Shown: one piece after another, positions 9,367 to 19,355 of the stretch | How the letters are laid out: each line of letters starts with the position of its first letter | Position numbering within the stretch: position 1 is the stretch's first letter | DNA from: Deltaproteobacteria bacterium | GTDB lineage: Bacteria; Desulfobacterota; Desulfarculia; Adiutricales; Adiutricaceae | Length of the DNA stretch: 64,000 nucleotides | NCBI GenBank assembly: GCA_031264145.1 | Contig: JAISEK010000076.1 | Location: 7,843-71,842, forward strand | Direction of reading: 5' to 3' | Notes under the pieces: generated by a model | The model's database searches: none | What the model was told of the DNA's origin: nothing | The model's input: only the letters and a program-made list of their open reading frames with translations | Program-made: the position numbers and the translations under genes

Positions 9367-10484
9367 GCGGCCGGCCCAGGATACTGGTGGCCGCCGGCGG
9401 GACCGGGGGCCACGTCGTCCCGGCGGCCACGGTGGCCCAGGAGATCCTGTCCCTGGCCCCGGGGGCCGAGATCCTCTTCGTCGGGGCGGGCCGTCCGGCC
9501 GAGGCCAACGTCCTGGACCCCCTGGGCTTCAGGCGCCGGGTCCTGCGGGTCCCGGCCCTGGCCGGCCGCGGGCCCCTGGGGGCGGCCAGGGCCGTCCCGG
9601 GCCTCGTCCGGGCCATGGTCGGGGCCGTCTCCCTGGTGAGGGAATTCAGGCCCGACCTGTGCCTGGCCTTCGGGGGCTACGTCTGCGGCCCCGTGGGCCT
9701 GGCGGCCAAGATGTTCGGCCTGCCCCTGGCCATCCACGAGCAGAACTCGGTCCCGGGGCTGGCCAACCGCTGGCTGGGGCGCCTGGCCGACCTGGCCATG
9801 GCCGGCTTCCCCGAGGCCCTGGCCGGCCTCGGGCCCGGCCGGGGCCTGGTGGTCGGGAACCCCGTCCGCGGGCCGATCGCCGCCCTGGCCGGGGAAGCCC
9901 GCCTGGTTGACGGCGAGAATCCCCTCATCCTGGTCGTCGGCGGCTCCCAGGGCTCCAGGCGCCTCAACCTCGCGGCCCTGGACATGGCCGGGCGGCTCCT
10001 CGCGGCCGGGGCCCGCTTCAGGCTCCTCCACCAGACCGGCCCAGAGATGGAGGCCGAGGTCCGGGAGGGCTACGGGCGGCTTGGGGTCCAGGCCGAGGTC
10101 CTGCCCTTCGTCCAGGACATGGCCGGGGCCTACCGGCGGGCCAGCCTGGCCATTTCCCGGGCCGGGGCCCTCACGCTGGCCGAGCTCTCCGCGGCCAGGC
10201 TGCCGGCCATCCTGGTGCCGCTCCCGTCCTCGGCCGGTGGCCACCAGGCCCTCAACGCCGGGTCCCTGGCCAGGGCCGGCCTGGCCCTGGTCGTCCCGGA
10301 GGAGGGGCTCGGGTCCCTGGCCGGGACGGTGGGGGCCCTTCTGGCCGAGCCCGGGAGGCTGCGGGCCATGTCCGACGGCGCGGGCGATCTGGCCGCCGGG
10401 GCCGCCGCGGTCGGGCCCAGGATGGCCGCCCTGGTCCTGGGGCTCATAGGCGGCGAAGGGAGGGGGGCGCGCGATGTTCCATAG
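9363..10484 (+). CDS. murG: undecaprenyldiphospho-muramoylpentapeptide beta-N-acetylglucosaminyltransferase
   Basis: GTG start overlaps the ftsW stop (GTGA). AAGGTGGHV N-terminus and GGSQGS motif. Confidence 0.9.
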   Translation: MSGRPRILVAAGGTGGHVVPAATVAQEILSLAPGAEILFVGAGRPAEANVLDPLGFRRRVLRVPALAGRGPLGAARAVPGLVRAMVGAVSLVREFRPDLCLAFGGYVCGPVGLAAKMFGLPLAIHEQNSVPGLANRWLGRLADLAMAGFPEALAGLGPGRGLVVGNPVRGPIAALAGEARLVDGENPLILVVGGSQGSRRLNLAALDMAGRLLAAGARFRLLHQTGPEMEAEVREGYGRLGVQAEVLPFVQDMAGAYRRASLAISRAGALTLAELSAARLPAILVPLPSSAGGHQALNAGSLARAGLALVVPEEGLGSLAGTVGALLAEPGRLRAMSDGAGDLAAGAAAVGPRMAALVLGLIGGEGRGARDVP

Positions 10485-11862
10485 GAAGAGGCACATCCAC
10501 TTCGTGGGCGTGGGCGGCATCGGCATGAGCGGCATCGCCGAGGTCCTCTTGAACCTGGGGCACGAGGTCAGCGGCTCCGACCAGCAGGAGAGCGCCCAGA
10601 CGGCCCGCCTGTCCTCCATGGGGGCCGAGATCTCCATCGGCCACCGGGCCGACCAGGCCGACGGGGCCGACGTGGTGGTCGTCTCGAGCGCCGTCCCCGG
10701 GTCCAACCCGGAGGTGGGGAGGGCCCGGGCCCTCTCGGTCCCGGTCATCCCCCGGGCCGAGATGCTGGCCGAGCTGATGAGGCTCAAGACCTCGGTGGCC
10801 GTGGCCGGGTCGCACGGCAAGACCTCGACCTGCTCCCTGCTGGGGATCCTCCTGACCCAGGCCGGACTGGATCCCACCCTGGTCATCGGCGGCAAGATAA
10901 ACAACCTGGGGGTCAACGCCCGCCTGGGCCAGGGCGAGTTCCTGGTGGCCGAGGCCGACGAGAGCGACGGGAGCTTCCTGATGCTCTCGCCCACCTTCGC
11001 CGTGGTCACCAACATCGACCAGGAGCACATGAACTACTACCGGGACATGGCCCACCTCGAGGAGACCTTCCTGACCTTCATCAACCGCGTGCCCTTCTAC
11101 GGGGCCTCCGTCCTGTGCCTCGACGATCCCCGGGTCCAGGGCCTGGTCCCCGGGGTCAGGAAGCGCTTCGTCACCTACGGGCTCTCGGCCCAGGCCGACG
11201 TGACCGCCCGGGACGTCAGATCCCTCGAGTGGGGGCACTCCTTCGACCTCCTCCGGAGGGGCCGGTTCCTGGGGCGGATGACCGTCAACATCCCCGGCCG
11301 CCACAACGTCCTCAACGCCCTGGCCGCCTCGGCCGTCGGCCTGGAGCTGGGCCTGGCCCCGGAGGTCATCGCCTCGGGCATCGCCGGCCTCAAGGGGGTC
11401 GGCCGGCGCTTCGAGCTCAAGGGGCAGGCCGGCGGGGTGACCTTCATCGACGACTACGGGCACCACCCCACGGAGATACGGGCCACCCTCTCCACCCTGG
11501 CCGAGTGCTTCCCCGACCGGCGCAAGACGGTCCTCTTCCAGCCCCACCGCCACACTAGGACCAGGGACCTGTTCGACGAGTTCGCCAGGTCCTTCAACGA
11601 GGCCGACCTCCTCTTCCTGGCCGACATCTACGCGGCCGGGGAGAGCCCCGTCGAGGGCCTGGACGCCGCCGCCCTGGCCCGGGCCATCGCCAGCCACGGC
11701 CACCGGGGCGTGGAGTACCTGGGGCCGGCGGCGGGCCTGGCCTCCAGGCTGAGGGGCCGCCTCCGGCCCGGGGACGTGGTCATGACCCTGGGGGCCGGGA
11801 ACATCTGGCAGGCCGGGGAGGAGCTCCTGGGTGGGCTTTCCGGGGAGGGGGACGGGAAATGA
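10474..11862 (+). CDS. murC: UDP-N-acetylmuramate--L-alanine ligase
   Basis: HFVGVGGIGMSGIAEVL N-terminus and GSHGKTST P-loop. RBS GGGAGGGG upstream. Confidence 0.93.
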   Translation: MFHRKRHIHFVGVGGIGMSGIAEVLLNLGHEVSGSDQQESAQTARLSSMGAEISIGHRADQADGADVVVVSSAVPGSNPEVGRARALSVPVIPRAEMLAELMRLKTSVAVAGSHGKTSTCSLLGILLTQAGLDPTLVIGGKINNLGVNARLGQGEFLVAEADESDGSFLMLSPTFAVVTNIDQEHMNYYRDMAHLEETFLTFINRVPFYGASVLCLDDPRVQGLVPGVRKRFVTYGLSAQADVTARDVRSLEWGHSFDLLRRGRFLGRMTVNIPGRHNVLNALAASAVGLELGLAPEVIASGIAGLKGVGRRFELKGQAGGVTFIDDYGHHPTEIRATLSTLAECFPDRRKTVLFQPHRHTRTRDLFDEFARSFNEADLLFLADIYAAGESPVEGLDAAALARAIASHGHRGVEYLGPAAGLASRLRGRLRPGDVVMTLGAGNIWQAGEELLGGLSGEGDGK

Positions 11863-12911
11863 CCCCTCCCGGCGCCGCGAGGCTCCCAGTGACGGCCGCC
11901 GCCATCGGGCGGGCCCTGGGCCTTGCCGCCAGGACGGTCGTCCTCGCGGATCTCTCGACCATGGGCCTGGGCGGCCCGGCCCTCCTGGTCGAGCCCCGCC
12001 GCGCCCAGGATCTGGCCAGGCTCCTGATGTTCCTCCGGGACGAGGGGCTGCCCTTCTTGCCCGTGGGCGGGGCCAGCAACATCCTCTTCCCCGACGCGGG
12101 CCTTGAGGCGGCCGTCGTCAGGCCGGCCGGCGATCTGGCCCTGGCCTCAGTCTCCGGGACCACGCTCCTGGCCGGGGCCGGGGCCCCGGTCGCCGTCCTG
12201 ATGGACATGGCCCGCAGGGCCGGCCTCTCCGGCCTGGAGATGGCCGCCGGGCTCCCGGGCACGGCCGGCGGGGCGGCCATGGGGAACGCCGGCCGGGCCG
12301 ACCGGGGCCTGGCCGATCTCCTGGACTTCCTGGAGCTGGTGGCCCCCGACGGGGAGACCGTCCGGCTTTCCCGGGACCAGCTGGCCCCCTCCTACCGCTC
12401 CCTGGGCCTCCCCGGGGCCCTGGGGGGCTCGGTCGTCGCCTCGATGGGCCTCGCGTTGGCCCGCTCTGACCCCGGGAGGGTCAGGGAGGCCGAGAGGCGG
12501 TTCCTGGCCGACCGGGCCGGCCAGCCCCGTGGCCGGAGCCTGGGCTGCTTCTTCAGGAACCCGCCCGGGGAGTCGGCCGGGAGGCTCATCGACCGCTGCG
12601 GCCTCAAGGGGGCGGCCGATGGCGGGGCCGAGGTCAGCCCGGGGCACGCCAACTTCATCCTGAACCGGGGGGCGGCCACGGCCGACCAGGTGCTGCGGCT
12701 GGCCGGCCTGTGCCGGGAGAGGGTCTTTCTCGCCTCGGGCCTCTGGCTGGAGCCCGAGGTGCGGATAGTGGGCCCCAGGGGCCAGGCCCTGGATATCCCG
12801 GGCCTCGGGAGCGGGCCCCCGGCCCGCCGGGACCGGCCGGCCAGGACGGCCCGGCGCTGGGACTTCGATCTGGCCCTCGCCGGGCCGGCGAGGGACCTGG
12901 ACCTCATCTAG
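11859..12911 (+). CDS. murB: UDP-N-acetylenolpyruvoylglucosamine reductase
   Basis: ATGA overlap with murC. Motifs GCFFRNP...AGRLIDRCGLKG and SPGHANFILN are typical of MurB. C-terminal ~40 aa tail is Arg/Pro-rich. Confidence 0.85.
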   Translation: MTPPGAARLPVTAAAIGRALGLAARTVVLADLSTMGLGGPALLVEPRRAQDLARLLMFLRDEGLPFLPVGGASNILFPDAGLEAAVVRPAGDLALASVSGTTLLAGAGAPVAVLMDMARRAGLSGLEMAAGLPGTAGGAAMGNAGRADRGLADLLDFLELVAPDGETVRLSRDQLAPSYRSLGLPGALGGSVVASMGLALARSDPGRVREAERRFLADRAGQPRGRSLGCFFRNPPGESAGRLIDRCGLKGAADGGAEVSPGHANFILNRGAATADQVLRLAGLCRERVFLASGLWLEPEVRIVGPRGQALDIPGLGSGPPARRDRPARTARRWDFDLALAGPARDLDLI

Positions 12912-12972
12912 GCGGGCCCCGGGAGGCCGCCGCAAGCCCAGGCCAGGGGGGATCCTGGCCAGCCCGGAGAAC

Positions 12973-13983
12973 ATGGGACGAGTCCAGACGGCATATGGGA
13001 GAAGGTTCCCGCCCAGGGCCAAGGCCCCGACGGCCGCGGCCGCCGGGGCCCGCTGGACCCGGCCTGGCCAGGGGGGCGGGGCCATGGGCAGACCCAGGGC
13101 CAAGGCCCGGTCCCAGGCCCGGTCACCCGTGGCCGTAGGCCGGCCCTGGCGATCAGTGGGAAGTGTGATCAAAAGGGGCACCAAATTGGTCTTTTTAGGC
13201 GTAGGCATATTTTTTGTCCTGGCCTTTATCTCTGTCTTGTTGCTCATAGGTTCAATGTATGTAAGCAAGTCAAATTATTTTACCGTCCAGCCGCAATCTA
13301 TTTTGGTCACTGGCCTGTCTAAGCTTTCTAGGGCCGAGGTTTTGGAGGCCGCCGGCCTGCATGAAGCCGTAAACAATTTGACATTGGATACGACTGCTGT
13401 TAAAAATAGACTGAAATCGATTCCTTGGGTGGAAAAGGCCGAGCTGGCCAAGTCCCTGCCCGACGGCCTGAGCCTCCAGATATCGGAGTACCGGCCCAGG
13501 GCCATAGTCAGCTACGAGCACCTGTACTTCATCGACGCGGCCGGCGTCCCCTTCAAGCGGCTCGACCCGGGGGAGACGTCGGATCTGCCGATCATCGGCG
13601 GGCTGTCCATAGACGAGCTCCTCAACCCTGGGCCGCTGGTCCAGGACGCCCTCGGCGAGCTCTTCGCCCTCATCGAGGTCCTCGACGGGCGGACGGACGA
13701 GTTCCGAACGGCCAACATCTCTGAGTTCCATTTCGACCACGACCGGGGCCTGACGCTGTTCACCAGGCACTCGGGCCTGGAGATCAAGGTCGGCCTGGGG
13801 GGCTACGAGAAGAAGTTCTGGCGCCTGGGGAAGGTCATGGCCTTCCTCAGGCAGGAGGAGCTGGACGTGGGACTGGCCTACGTGAACCTGGAGACCCCCC
13901 CCAGGGTCACGGTCAGCTATCGCGGACGGCCCTCGCCAAACGCCCAAGCCTTGGGGCGGCCCGGGCGGGAACCAGCCGTCTAG
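12973..13983 (+). CDS. ftsQ: cell division protein FtsQ (TM + POTRA)
   Basis: Basic N-terminus, single TM (LVFLGVGIFFVLAFISVLLLIG), then a POTRA-like segment (ILVTGLSKLSRAEVLEAAGL...). Lies between murB and ftsA. Start uncertain (alternative ATG 13084). Confidence 0.75.
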   Translation: MGRVQTAYGRRFPPRAKAPTAAAAGARWTRPGQGGGAMGRPRAKARSQARSPVAVGRPWRSVGSVIKRGTKLVFLGVGIFFVLAFISVLLLIGSMYVSKSNYFTVQPQSILVTGLSKLSRAEVLEAAGLHEAVNNLTLDTTAVKNRLKSIPWVEKAELAKSLPDGLSLQISEYRPRAIVSYEHLYFIDAAGVPFKRLDPGETSDLPIIGGLSIDELLNPGPLVQDALGELFALIEVLDGRTDEFRTANISEFHFDHDRGLTLFTRHSGLEIKVGLGGYEKKFWRLGKVMAFLRQEELDVGLAYVNLETPPRVTVSYRGRPSPNAQALGRPGREPAV

Positions 13984-14015
13984 GAAAAAGCAAGACAAGG
14001 GAGGAGACCATACAC

Positions 14016-15248
14016 ATGGCCCAAAAAAACGATCTGTTAGTGGCCTTGGACGTCGGGACCACCAAGATATGCTGCCTGGTGGCCACGGTAAACGAGGGCG
14101 GCGGCATTGACATCAAGGGCCTGGGCGTGGCCCCGTCCAGCGGCCTTTCCCGGGGCCGGGTCATCAACATAAACGACACGGTGAAGGCCATCAGGAAGGC
14201 CGTCGACGACGCCGCCGACATGTCTGGCTTCGACATCGACTCGGCCTACGTGGGCATCGCCGGCGAGCACATAAACGGCCGGAAGGTCCAGGGATCGGTC
14301 GCCATCCGCAACGGGACGGTGGGCCGGGACGACATGGAGAGGGCCATCAAGGGGGCCATGGTCATGCAGGTGCCCTCCGACTGCGAGATCCTCACCAGGG
14401 TGCCCCTGGAGTTCCACATCGACGACCGGGTCGGCATCGTCGACCCCATCGGCATGGGCGGGACCAGGCTGGAGGTCTTCGTCCACGCCTTCACCGTCTC
14501 CTCCAACGCCCTAAGAGACCTGGCCCGGTGCGTCATGGACGCCGGCTTGAACGTGGACGACATATTCCTGGAGTCCGTGGCCTCGGCCGAGTCGGTCCTG
14601 ACCCCGGCCGAGAAGCAGCAGGGAGTGGTCCTGATAGACATAGGCGGGGGCACCAGCGACCTGGCCGTCTTCGCCAACGGGGCCATCCACCACATCTTCG
14701 AGGTGGGCATGGGCGGTGACGCCCTCTCGCACGACCTGGCCACGGGCCTGAACATCTCCCTGGAGACGGCCGAGATCCTGAAGCTCTCCCACGGCTGCTG
14801 CCACGAGGGCCTCGTGGACGAGGACTACGAGATAGAGGTCCCCAGCCTCGACGGCCTGAACTCCGTCAACATAGGCGTCAGCAGCGTCTGCCAGATCCTC
14901 CGCAAGAGGGTCGAGGAGCTCTTCGGCTATCTCTCCAACAATCTGACCCAGAGCGGCTTCGACGACGTGGTCCGCAACGTGGTCCTGACCGGCGGCACGG
15001 CTCTCCTCAAGGGCCTCCCGGAGATGGGGCTGGAGTACTTCAACCGCCAGATCCGGGTCGGCTACCCCAGCTACGTGGGCGGGCTGGCCGAGACGGTGGC
15101 CAACCCCATGTACTCGACCGTGGTCGGGCTCCTGCTCTACGGGCCCCAGGAGCGAGGCGACCCCTCCCTGCCGCTCACGGGATCCACCGAGCACGGCGCG
15201 GGGTCCCTGGGACGCCTGTTCGGCAGGATAAAGCAGATGTTCGGCTGA
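14016..15248 (+). CDS. ftsA: cell division protein FtsA (actin-like ATPase)
   Basis: Motifs LVALDVGTTKICCLV and VLIDIGGGTSDLAVF. RBS GGGAGGAG upstream. Confidence 0.93.
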   Translation: MAQKNDLLVALDVGTTKICCLVATVNEGGGIDIKGLGVAPSSGLSRGRVININDTVKAIRKAVDDAADMSGFDIDSAYVGIAGEHINGRKVQGSVAIRNGTVGRDDMERAIKGAMVMQVPSDCEILTRVPLEFHIDDRVGIVDPIGMGGTRLEVFVHAFTVSSNALRDLARCVMDAGLNVDDIFLESVASAESVLTPAEKQQGVVLIDIGGGTSDLAVFANGAIHHIFEVGMGGDALSHDLATGLNISLETAEILKLSHGCCHEGLVDEDYEIEVPSLDGLNSVNIGVSSVCQILRKRVEELFGYLSNNLTQSGFDDVVRNVVLTGGTALLKGLPEMGLEYFNRQIRVGYPSYVGGLAETVANPMYSTVVGLLLYGPQERGDPSLPLTGSTEHGAGSLGRLFGRIKQMFG

Positions 15249-15365
15249 GGCCGGGCGGCGAAGCCTCCTGGGGTCCAGCCCTGGCGTTGCTTGGCCCAAT
15301 GGGCCTAGATTCGCCGAACTGGCCCAGAAGACATGGGCCATTCAGTTTTGTTTTATATTTTTTGC

Positions 15366-15394
15366 TTGTGTTTTTGTGATTACTTTGATATAAT
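15366..15394 (+). promoter_or_regulatory. candidate sigma-70 promoter upstream of ftsZ (TTGTGT-17 nt-TATAAT with TGa extended -10)
   Basis: Read directly in the AT-rich block 15341-15415. -10 at 15389-15394 is a perfect TATAAT preceded by TGA. Would give a ~200 nt leader. Confidence 0.3.
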
Positions 15395-15599
15395 AGGATA
15401 CTGATAATTTTATCATGACTGCCTACGTGAAAGCATCGAAAGAGTTGTGCGAAATTGGGATTGGCAGTTCATATTGCGCGGTAAATACACTTTCTCGGTA
15501 TTGCCAAAGTCAGGCCAATAGCGGCCAAATACAGTCCCAAGCCTTACCCGGCCTGGGCCGGGGCCCTGGCGGCCACGATAACCCCACGGGAGAAAATCC

Positions 15600-16997
15600 A
15601 TGACTGACTCGATAAGGACGGCGACGGATCCGCGCAAGGCTCTCTGCCAGATCAGGGTCTTCGGCATCGGCGGCTGCGGCAACAACGCCATCAACCACAT
15701 GGTCTCGGCCGGCATGTCCGGCCCGACCCTGATCGCGGCCAACACCGACGTGGCCGACCTTGAGCGCTGCCTTGCCCCCGTCAAGATCCAGGTAGGGGCC
15801 GAGTGCACCGAGGGCCTGGGGGCCGGGGGGGATCCGGCCGTGGGCCGCGTCGCGGCCGAGGAGAGCATGGAGGAGATAGCCAAGCTCCTCTCCGACAGCC
15901 ACATAGTCTTCGTGACCGCCGGCCTGGGCGGCGGCACGGGCACCGGCGGGGCGCCGGCGGTGGTCGAGCACCTCTCAAAGCTCAAGAAGCCCCCCCTGAT
16001 CGTCTCGGTGGTCATCCTCCCGTTCGACTTCGAGCGGGATCGGCTGGGCAAGGCCCGTCCGGCCCAGGAGCTCCTCCTGAGGCACAGCAACTCCCTGATC
16101 TCCATCTCCAACGCCAAGCTCAAGGAGGCCCTGCCCGACGGCTCCCTCAAGCAGTGCCGGCAGCTGGCCGACGACGTGCTCTACCGGGCGGTCAGCTGCA
16201 TAACCGAGCTGATCCTCAAGCCGGGCGACATCCACCTGGACTTCGCCGACATCCGCAGCGCCCTGTCGGCCAAGGGCCGGGCCATCATGGGCTTCGGCCA
16301 GGCCAGCGGCGAGGGCCGGGGCCTCAGGGCCGTGGAGATGGCCATCACCTGCCCGCTGATGGAGAACCAGTCCATCCGGGGGGCCAAGTTCCTCCTGATA
16401 AACATCATCGCCGACGACATCAAGCTGTCCGAGTTCGAGGGCATAAACGACTACCTGGTCAAGCAGGCCTCGCCGGAGGTGAGGGTCTTCAGCGGCTACA
16501 GCCAGGACGAGAGCCTCCGGGAGGCCGGCACCCTCAAGGTGACGGTCATCGCCACCGGCCTTGACCAGGACGCCGGGCAGGCCAGGCCGGGGGAGGACGA
16601 GGAGGAGCCCATAACCCTCCTGGTCGAGCCCGAGCCCCAGATAGCCCTGGCCCCCGAGGCGATGGCCGTGAACCAGACGCCCCAGGCGATCGGGGTGGAC
16701 AGGCTGGGGCCCGGCCCGGAGATCCACGGGCCCCAGCAGGTGGGGCAAGGGGCCGCCCCGCAGAAGCGCGTGGTCCGCCTCTCCCCCGCCCCCATGGGCC
16801 GGCTGCCCCAGGCGGGCGGCCACAGCAAGTACGAGTCCAACAGCATCGCCGACCCCAGCGGCCGCGGCCTTTCCCGCAGCATGAGCCCCAGGACCCTGGT
16901 CCAGCCGGCCAGGCCGGCCATCGGGGCCGGGGCCCGGGGCGTGGAGGAGGCCAGATCGCCCCAGACCCCCTCCTTCATGATCAACAAGGCCGACTGA
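15600..16997 (+). CDS. ftsZ: cell division GTPase FtsZ
   Basis: GIGGCGNNA, GLGAGGDP, tubulin signature GGGTGTG and T7 loop HLDFADIRS. Long Pro/Gly-rich linker and C-terminal tail. Confidence 0.95.
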   Translation: MTDSIRTATDPRKALCQIRVFGIGGCGNNAINHMVSAGMSGPTLIAANTDVADLERCLAPVKIQVGAECTEGLGAGGDPAVGRVAAEESMEEIAKLLSDSHIVFVTAGLGGGTGTGGAPAVVEHLSKLKKPPLIVSVVILPFDFERDRLGKARPAQELLLRHSNSLISISNAKLKEALPDGSLKQCRQLADDVLYRAVSCITELILKPGDIHLDFADIRSALSAKGRAIMGFGQASGEGRGLRAVEMAITCPLMENQSIRGAKFLLINIIADDIKLSEFEGINDYLVKQASPEVRVFSGYSQDESLREAGTLKVTVIATGLDQDAGQARPGEDEEEPITLLVEPEPQIALAPEAMAVNQTPQAIGVDRLGPGPEIHGPQQVGQGAAPQKRVVRLSPAPMGRLPQAGGHSKYESNSIADPSGRGLSRSMSPRTLVQPARPAIGAGARGVEEARSPQTPSFMINKAD

Positions 16998-18695
16998 TTG
17001 GCGGGCCGCAAGGGGCCCTCCCGGGCCAGTGACCCCCTGGCCGCCTCCGAGACCGGGGCGGTCCGGCGCGAGAGGGGGGGGCGCCTCTCCGTGGCCCTGG
17101 TCTGGCCTGGCTCCTACCGCACCGGCATGTCGTCCCTGGGCTTTCTGTGGGTCTACCGCTTCCTGGCGGGGAGCCCGGCGGCCCTGGGCGAGCGCTTCTT
17201 CGCCCTTGACCCGCCCCAGGGCCGGCCCCTGTCCCTGGAGAGCCGCCGGCCCCTGGACGGCTTTGACCTCATAGCAGCCTCCCTGGTGCTGGAAAACGAC
17301 TACTGGCTCCTCCTGGACCTCCTGGACCGGGCCGGGATGCCCGTCGAGCGCCTGGGGCGGCGGGGCCGCGGGCCCATGGTCCTGGCCGGCGGCGTGGGCG
17401 TCTGGTCCAACCCCTGGCCGGTCATGCCCTTCGTGGATCTGGTCCTGGCCGGGGAGGGCGAGGCCCAATGGCCTAGGCTCCTGGAATGCTTCCGGGAACC
17501 AGGGTTTCCGGGCCTGGACCACGGGGAGAGGCTGGCCCTTATACAGGCGAGGGTGCCCGGGGCCCTGGCCCCCGGCCTCCTGCCCGAGGGCCCGGAAGGC
17601 TGGCGGCTGGCGGCCCCGGTGAGGCCGGCCTTCCTGGAATGGCCCTTCGGCCCAGGGGAGACGCCCCCCTCGTCGCCCATCCTGACCCCGCTGGCCGAGT
17701 TTCCCGAGACCACCCTGGTCGAGATCAGCCGCGGCTGCCCCTGGGGCTGCCGCTTCTGTCTGGCCGGCCACCTGTACCGTCCCCACCGGCCCTGGTCCCC
17801 TGGGGCCGTCCTCGGGGCGGCCGCCTCGATGAGGCCCAGGGGCGGCCGGGTGGGGCTGGTCAGCCCGGCCGTGGCCGACCACCCGGAGCTGGGGGCCATC
17901 TTCGAGGGCCTCCGGGAGCGGGAGGCCTCCGTCGGGGTCTCCTCGATGCGGCTGTCGGCCCTGACCGAGCCCCTGGCCAGGCGCCTCTCCCTGGCCGGCC
18001 TCAGGGCCCTGGCCGTGGCCCCCGAGGCCGGGAGCCAGGGCCTGAGGGACTCCATCAACAAGAACCTGTCCGAGCCGGAGATCCTGGAGTCGGTCAGGAT
18101 CCTTTCCGCCTTCGGCCTCCGGCGTCTGAAGCTCTACTTCATGATCGGCCTCCCCGGCGAGAGGCGCGAGGACCTCGAGGCCCTGGCGGAGCTGGTGGGC
18201 AGGATCTCCAGGGCGGTCAGGATAGGCCGCGGGGGGCCCCGCCTGGCCGTCTCGCTCTCTAACTTCACCCCCAAGCCCCACACGCCCCTCGAGGGCCGGC
18301 CGGTCCTGGACGAGGCCACCCTGGCGCGGAGCGGCCGGCTGGCCGAGGGCCTTCTCAGGAGGCTGGGCGGCCTCGAGGTCCGGCTGGACCCGCCCAAGTG
18401 GACCATCGTCCAGGCCCTCCTGGCCAGGGGCGGGCCGGAGAGCCACCTCCTGGTGAGGGCCCTGATGGCCGTCCGGGGCCGGCCCGGGCCGGCCCTCAGG
18501 CTCATAGGCTACGGGCCGGGCCATCCGGCCCACCGGCCCTGGGAGGGCCCCAGGCCCTGGCGGATCGTGGCCCCCAGGGCGGGCCTGCCCTATCTGGCCG
18601 AGGAGGAACGTCTGGCCGGCCAGGGCCGGCCCTCGCCGCCCTGCCCAGGCGGGGGTGGCTGCGGCCGCTGCCTGGCCTGCGCCGAAGCGGGGTAG
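16998..18695 (+). CDS. radical SAM protein (TIGR03960-like, B12-binding-like N-domain)
   Basis: CxxxCxxC cluster RGCPWGCRFC. The N-terminal VALVWPGSYRTGMSSLGFLWVY resembles the family as I recall it. Start codon uncertain (TTG 16998 or GTG 17029). Confidence 0.78.
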   Translation: MAGRKGPSRASDPLAASETGAVRRERGGRLSVALVWPGSYRTGMSSLGFLWVYRFLAGSPAALGERFFALDPPQGRPLSLESRRPLDGFDLIAASLVLENDYWLLLDLLDRAGMPVERLGRRGRGPMVLAGGVGVWSNPWPVMPFVDLVLAGEGEAQWPRLLECFREPGFPGLDHGERLALIQARVPGALAPGLLPEGPEGWRLAAPVRPAFLEWPFGPGETPPSSPILTPLAEFPETTLVEISRGCPWGCRFCLAGHLYRPHRPWSPGAVLGAAASMRPRGGRVGLVSPAVADHPELGAIFEGLREREASVGVSSMRLSALTEPLARRLSLAGLRALAVAPEAGSQGLRDSINKNLSEPEILESVRILSAFGLRRLKLYFMIGLPGERREDLEALAELVGRISRAVRIGRGGPRLAVSLSNFTPKPHTPLEGRPVLDEATLARSGRLAEGLLRRLGGLEVRLDPPKWTIVQALLARGGPESHLLVRALMAVRGRPGPALRLIGYGPGHPAHRPWEGPRPWRIVAPRAGLPYLAEEERLAGQGRPSPPCPGGGGCGRCLACAEAG

Positions 18696-18985
18696 GCGGG
18701 GGAATTTCCCATGGGGGCGGGGATTCCAGGCGGAAGTCCCCTTCGGGGACTGGCTGACGGGTCTAATATGCAGAAGTTTTCCAGAAAAGGGACTCCATGC
18801 GGAATGGGCGGGATTATGGCCGGGTGACGCCGGCCGCCATTGGGGCGCAGGTCTGACGATCGATCCTGCTTGGGCCAAGGGAATAAAAGCGTTTTGCTGG
18901 GCTGCTCGGAATCTTTGATGATGGGCAGGTCTTTGGCGGCTATGGAGCGGAGCCGCGACGTAGATGGCGTGAACGGGTGGCCGGA

Positions 18986-19355
18986 ATGAGGTATCTGCTC
19001 GATGCCAAAGTCATCATCCATTGCCTCGACGGTTTGGGCGAGGCGGACGAATTGGTTGGGCACTTGGGCGAGAACCATCTTTACGCCAGAGTCGCCACCA
19101 GGATTGGGTCGTTGCGCAATAGACGCCTTGCGGCGGAGCATGGGCAAAACGTCAGTTAATTTTGGCCGATCTGTCCGTCCTGCCTGTAGGCCAGGAAGAT
19201 GGTCGAGTGACCGTCGCCATCATGGACGGGGTGAAATTGAAAATGCCAGATCCGATCATCGCCGCGACAGCGTGAGTCGCCGGCTCGACTCCGGTCAGCT
19301 CGGCCGGCACATTGCCGGATTAGTCATGCGACCATTTATCCGGATCTACCGCTGA
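18986..19355 (+). pseudogene. vapC: PIN-domain toxin VapC, disrupted by frameshifts/stops (short vapB-like 3' remnant at ~18828-18989)
   Basis: MRYLLDAKVIIHCLDG... (PIN N-terminus) in one frame, MPDPIIAATA then a stop in a second frame, and GRHIAGLVMRPFI (compare RHFxxIPGLxV) in a third. An upstream ORF ends in an ATGA overlap with the ATG, as in vapBC pairs. Confidence 0.45.
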
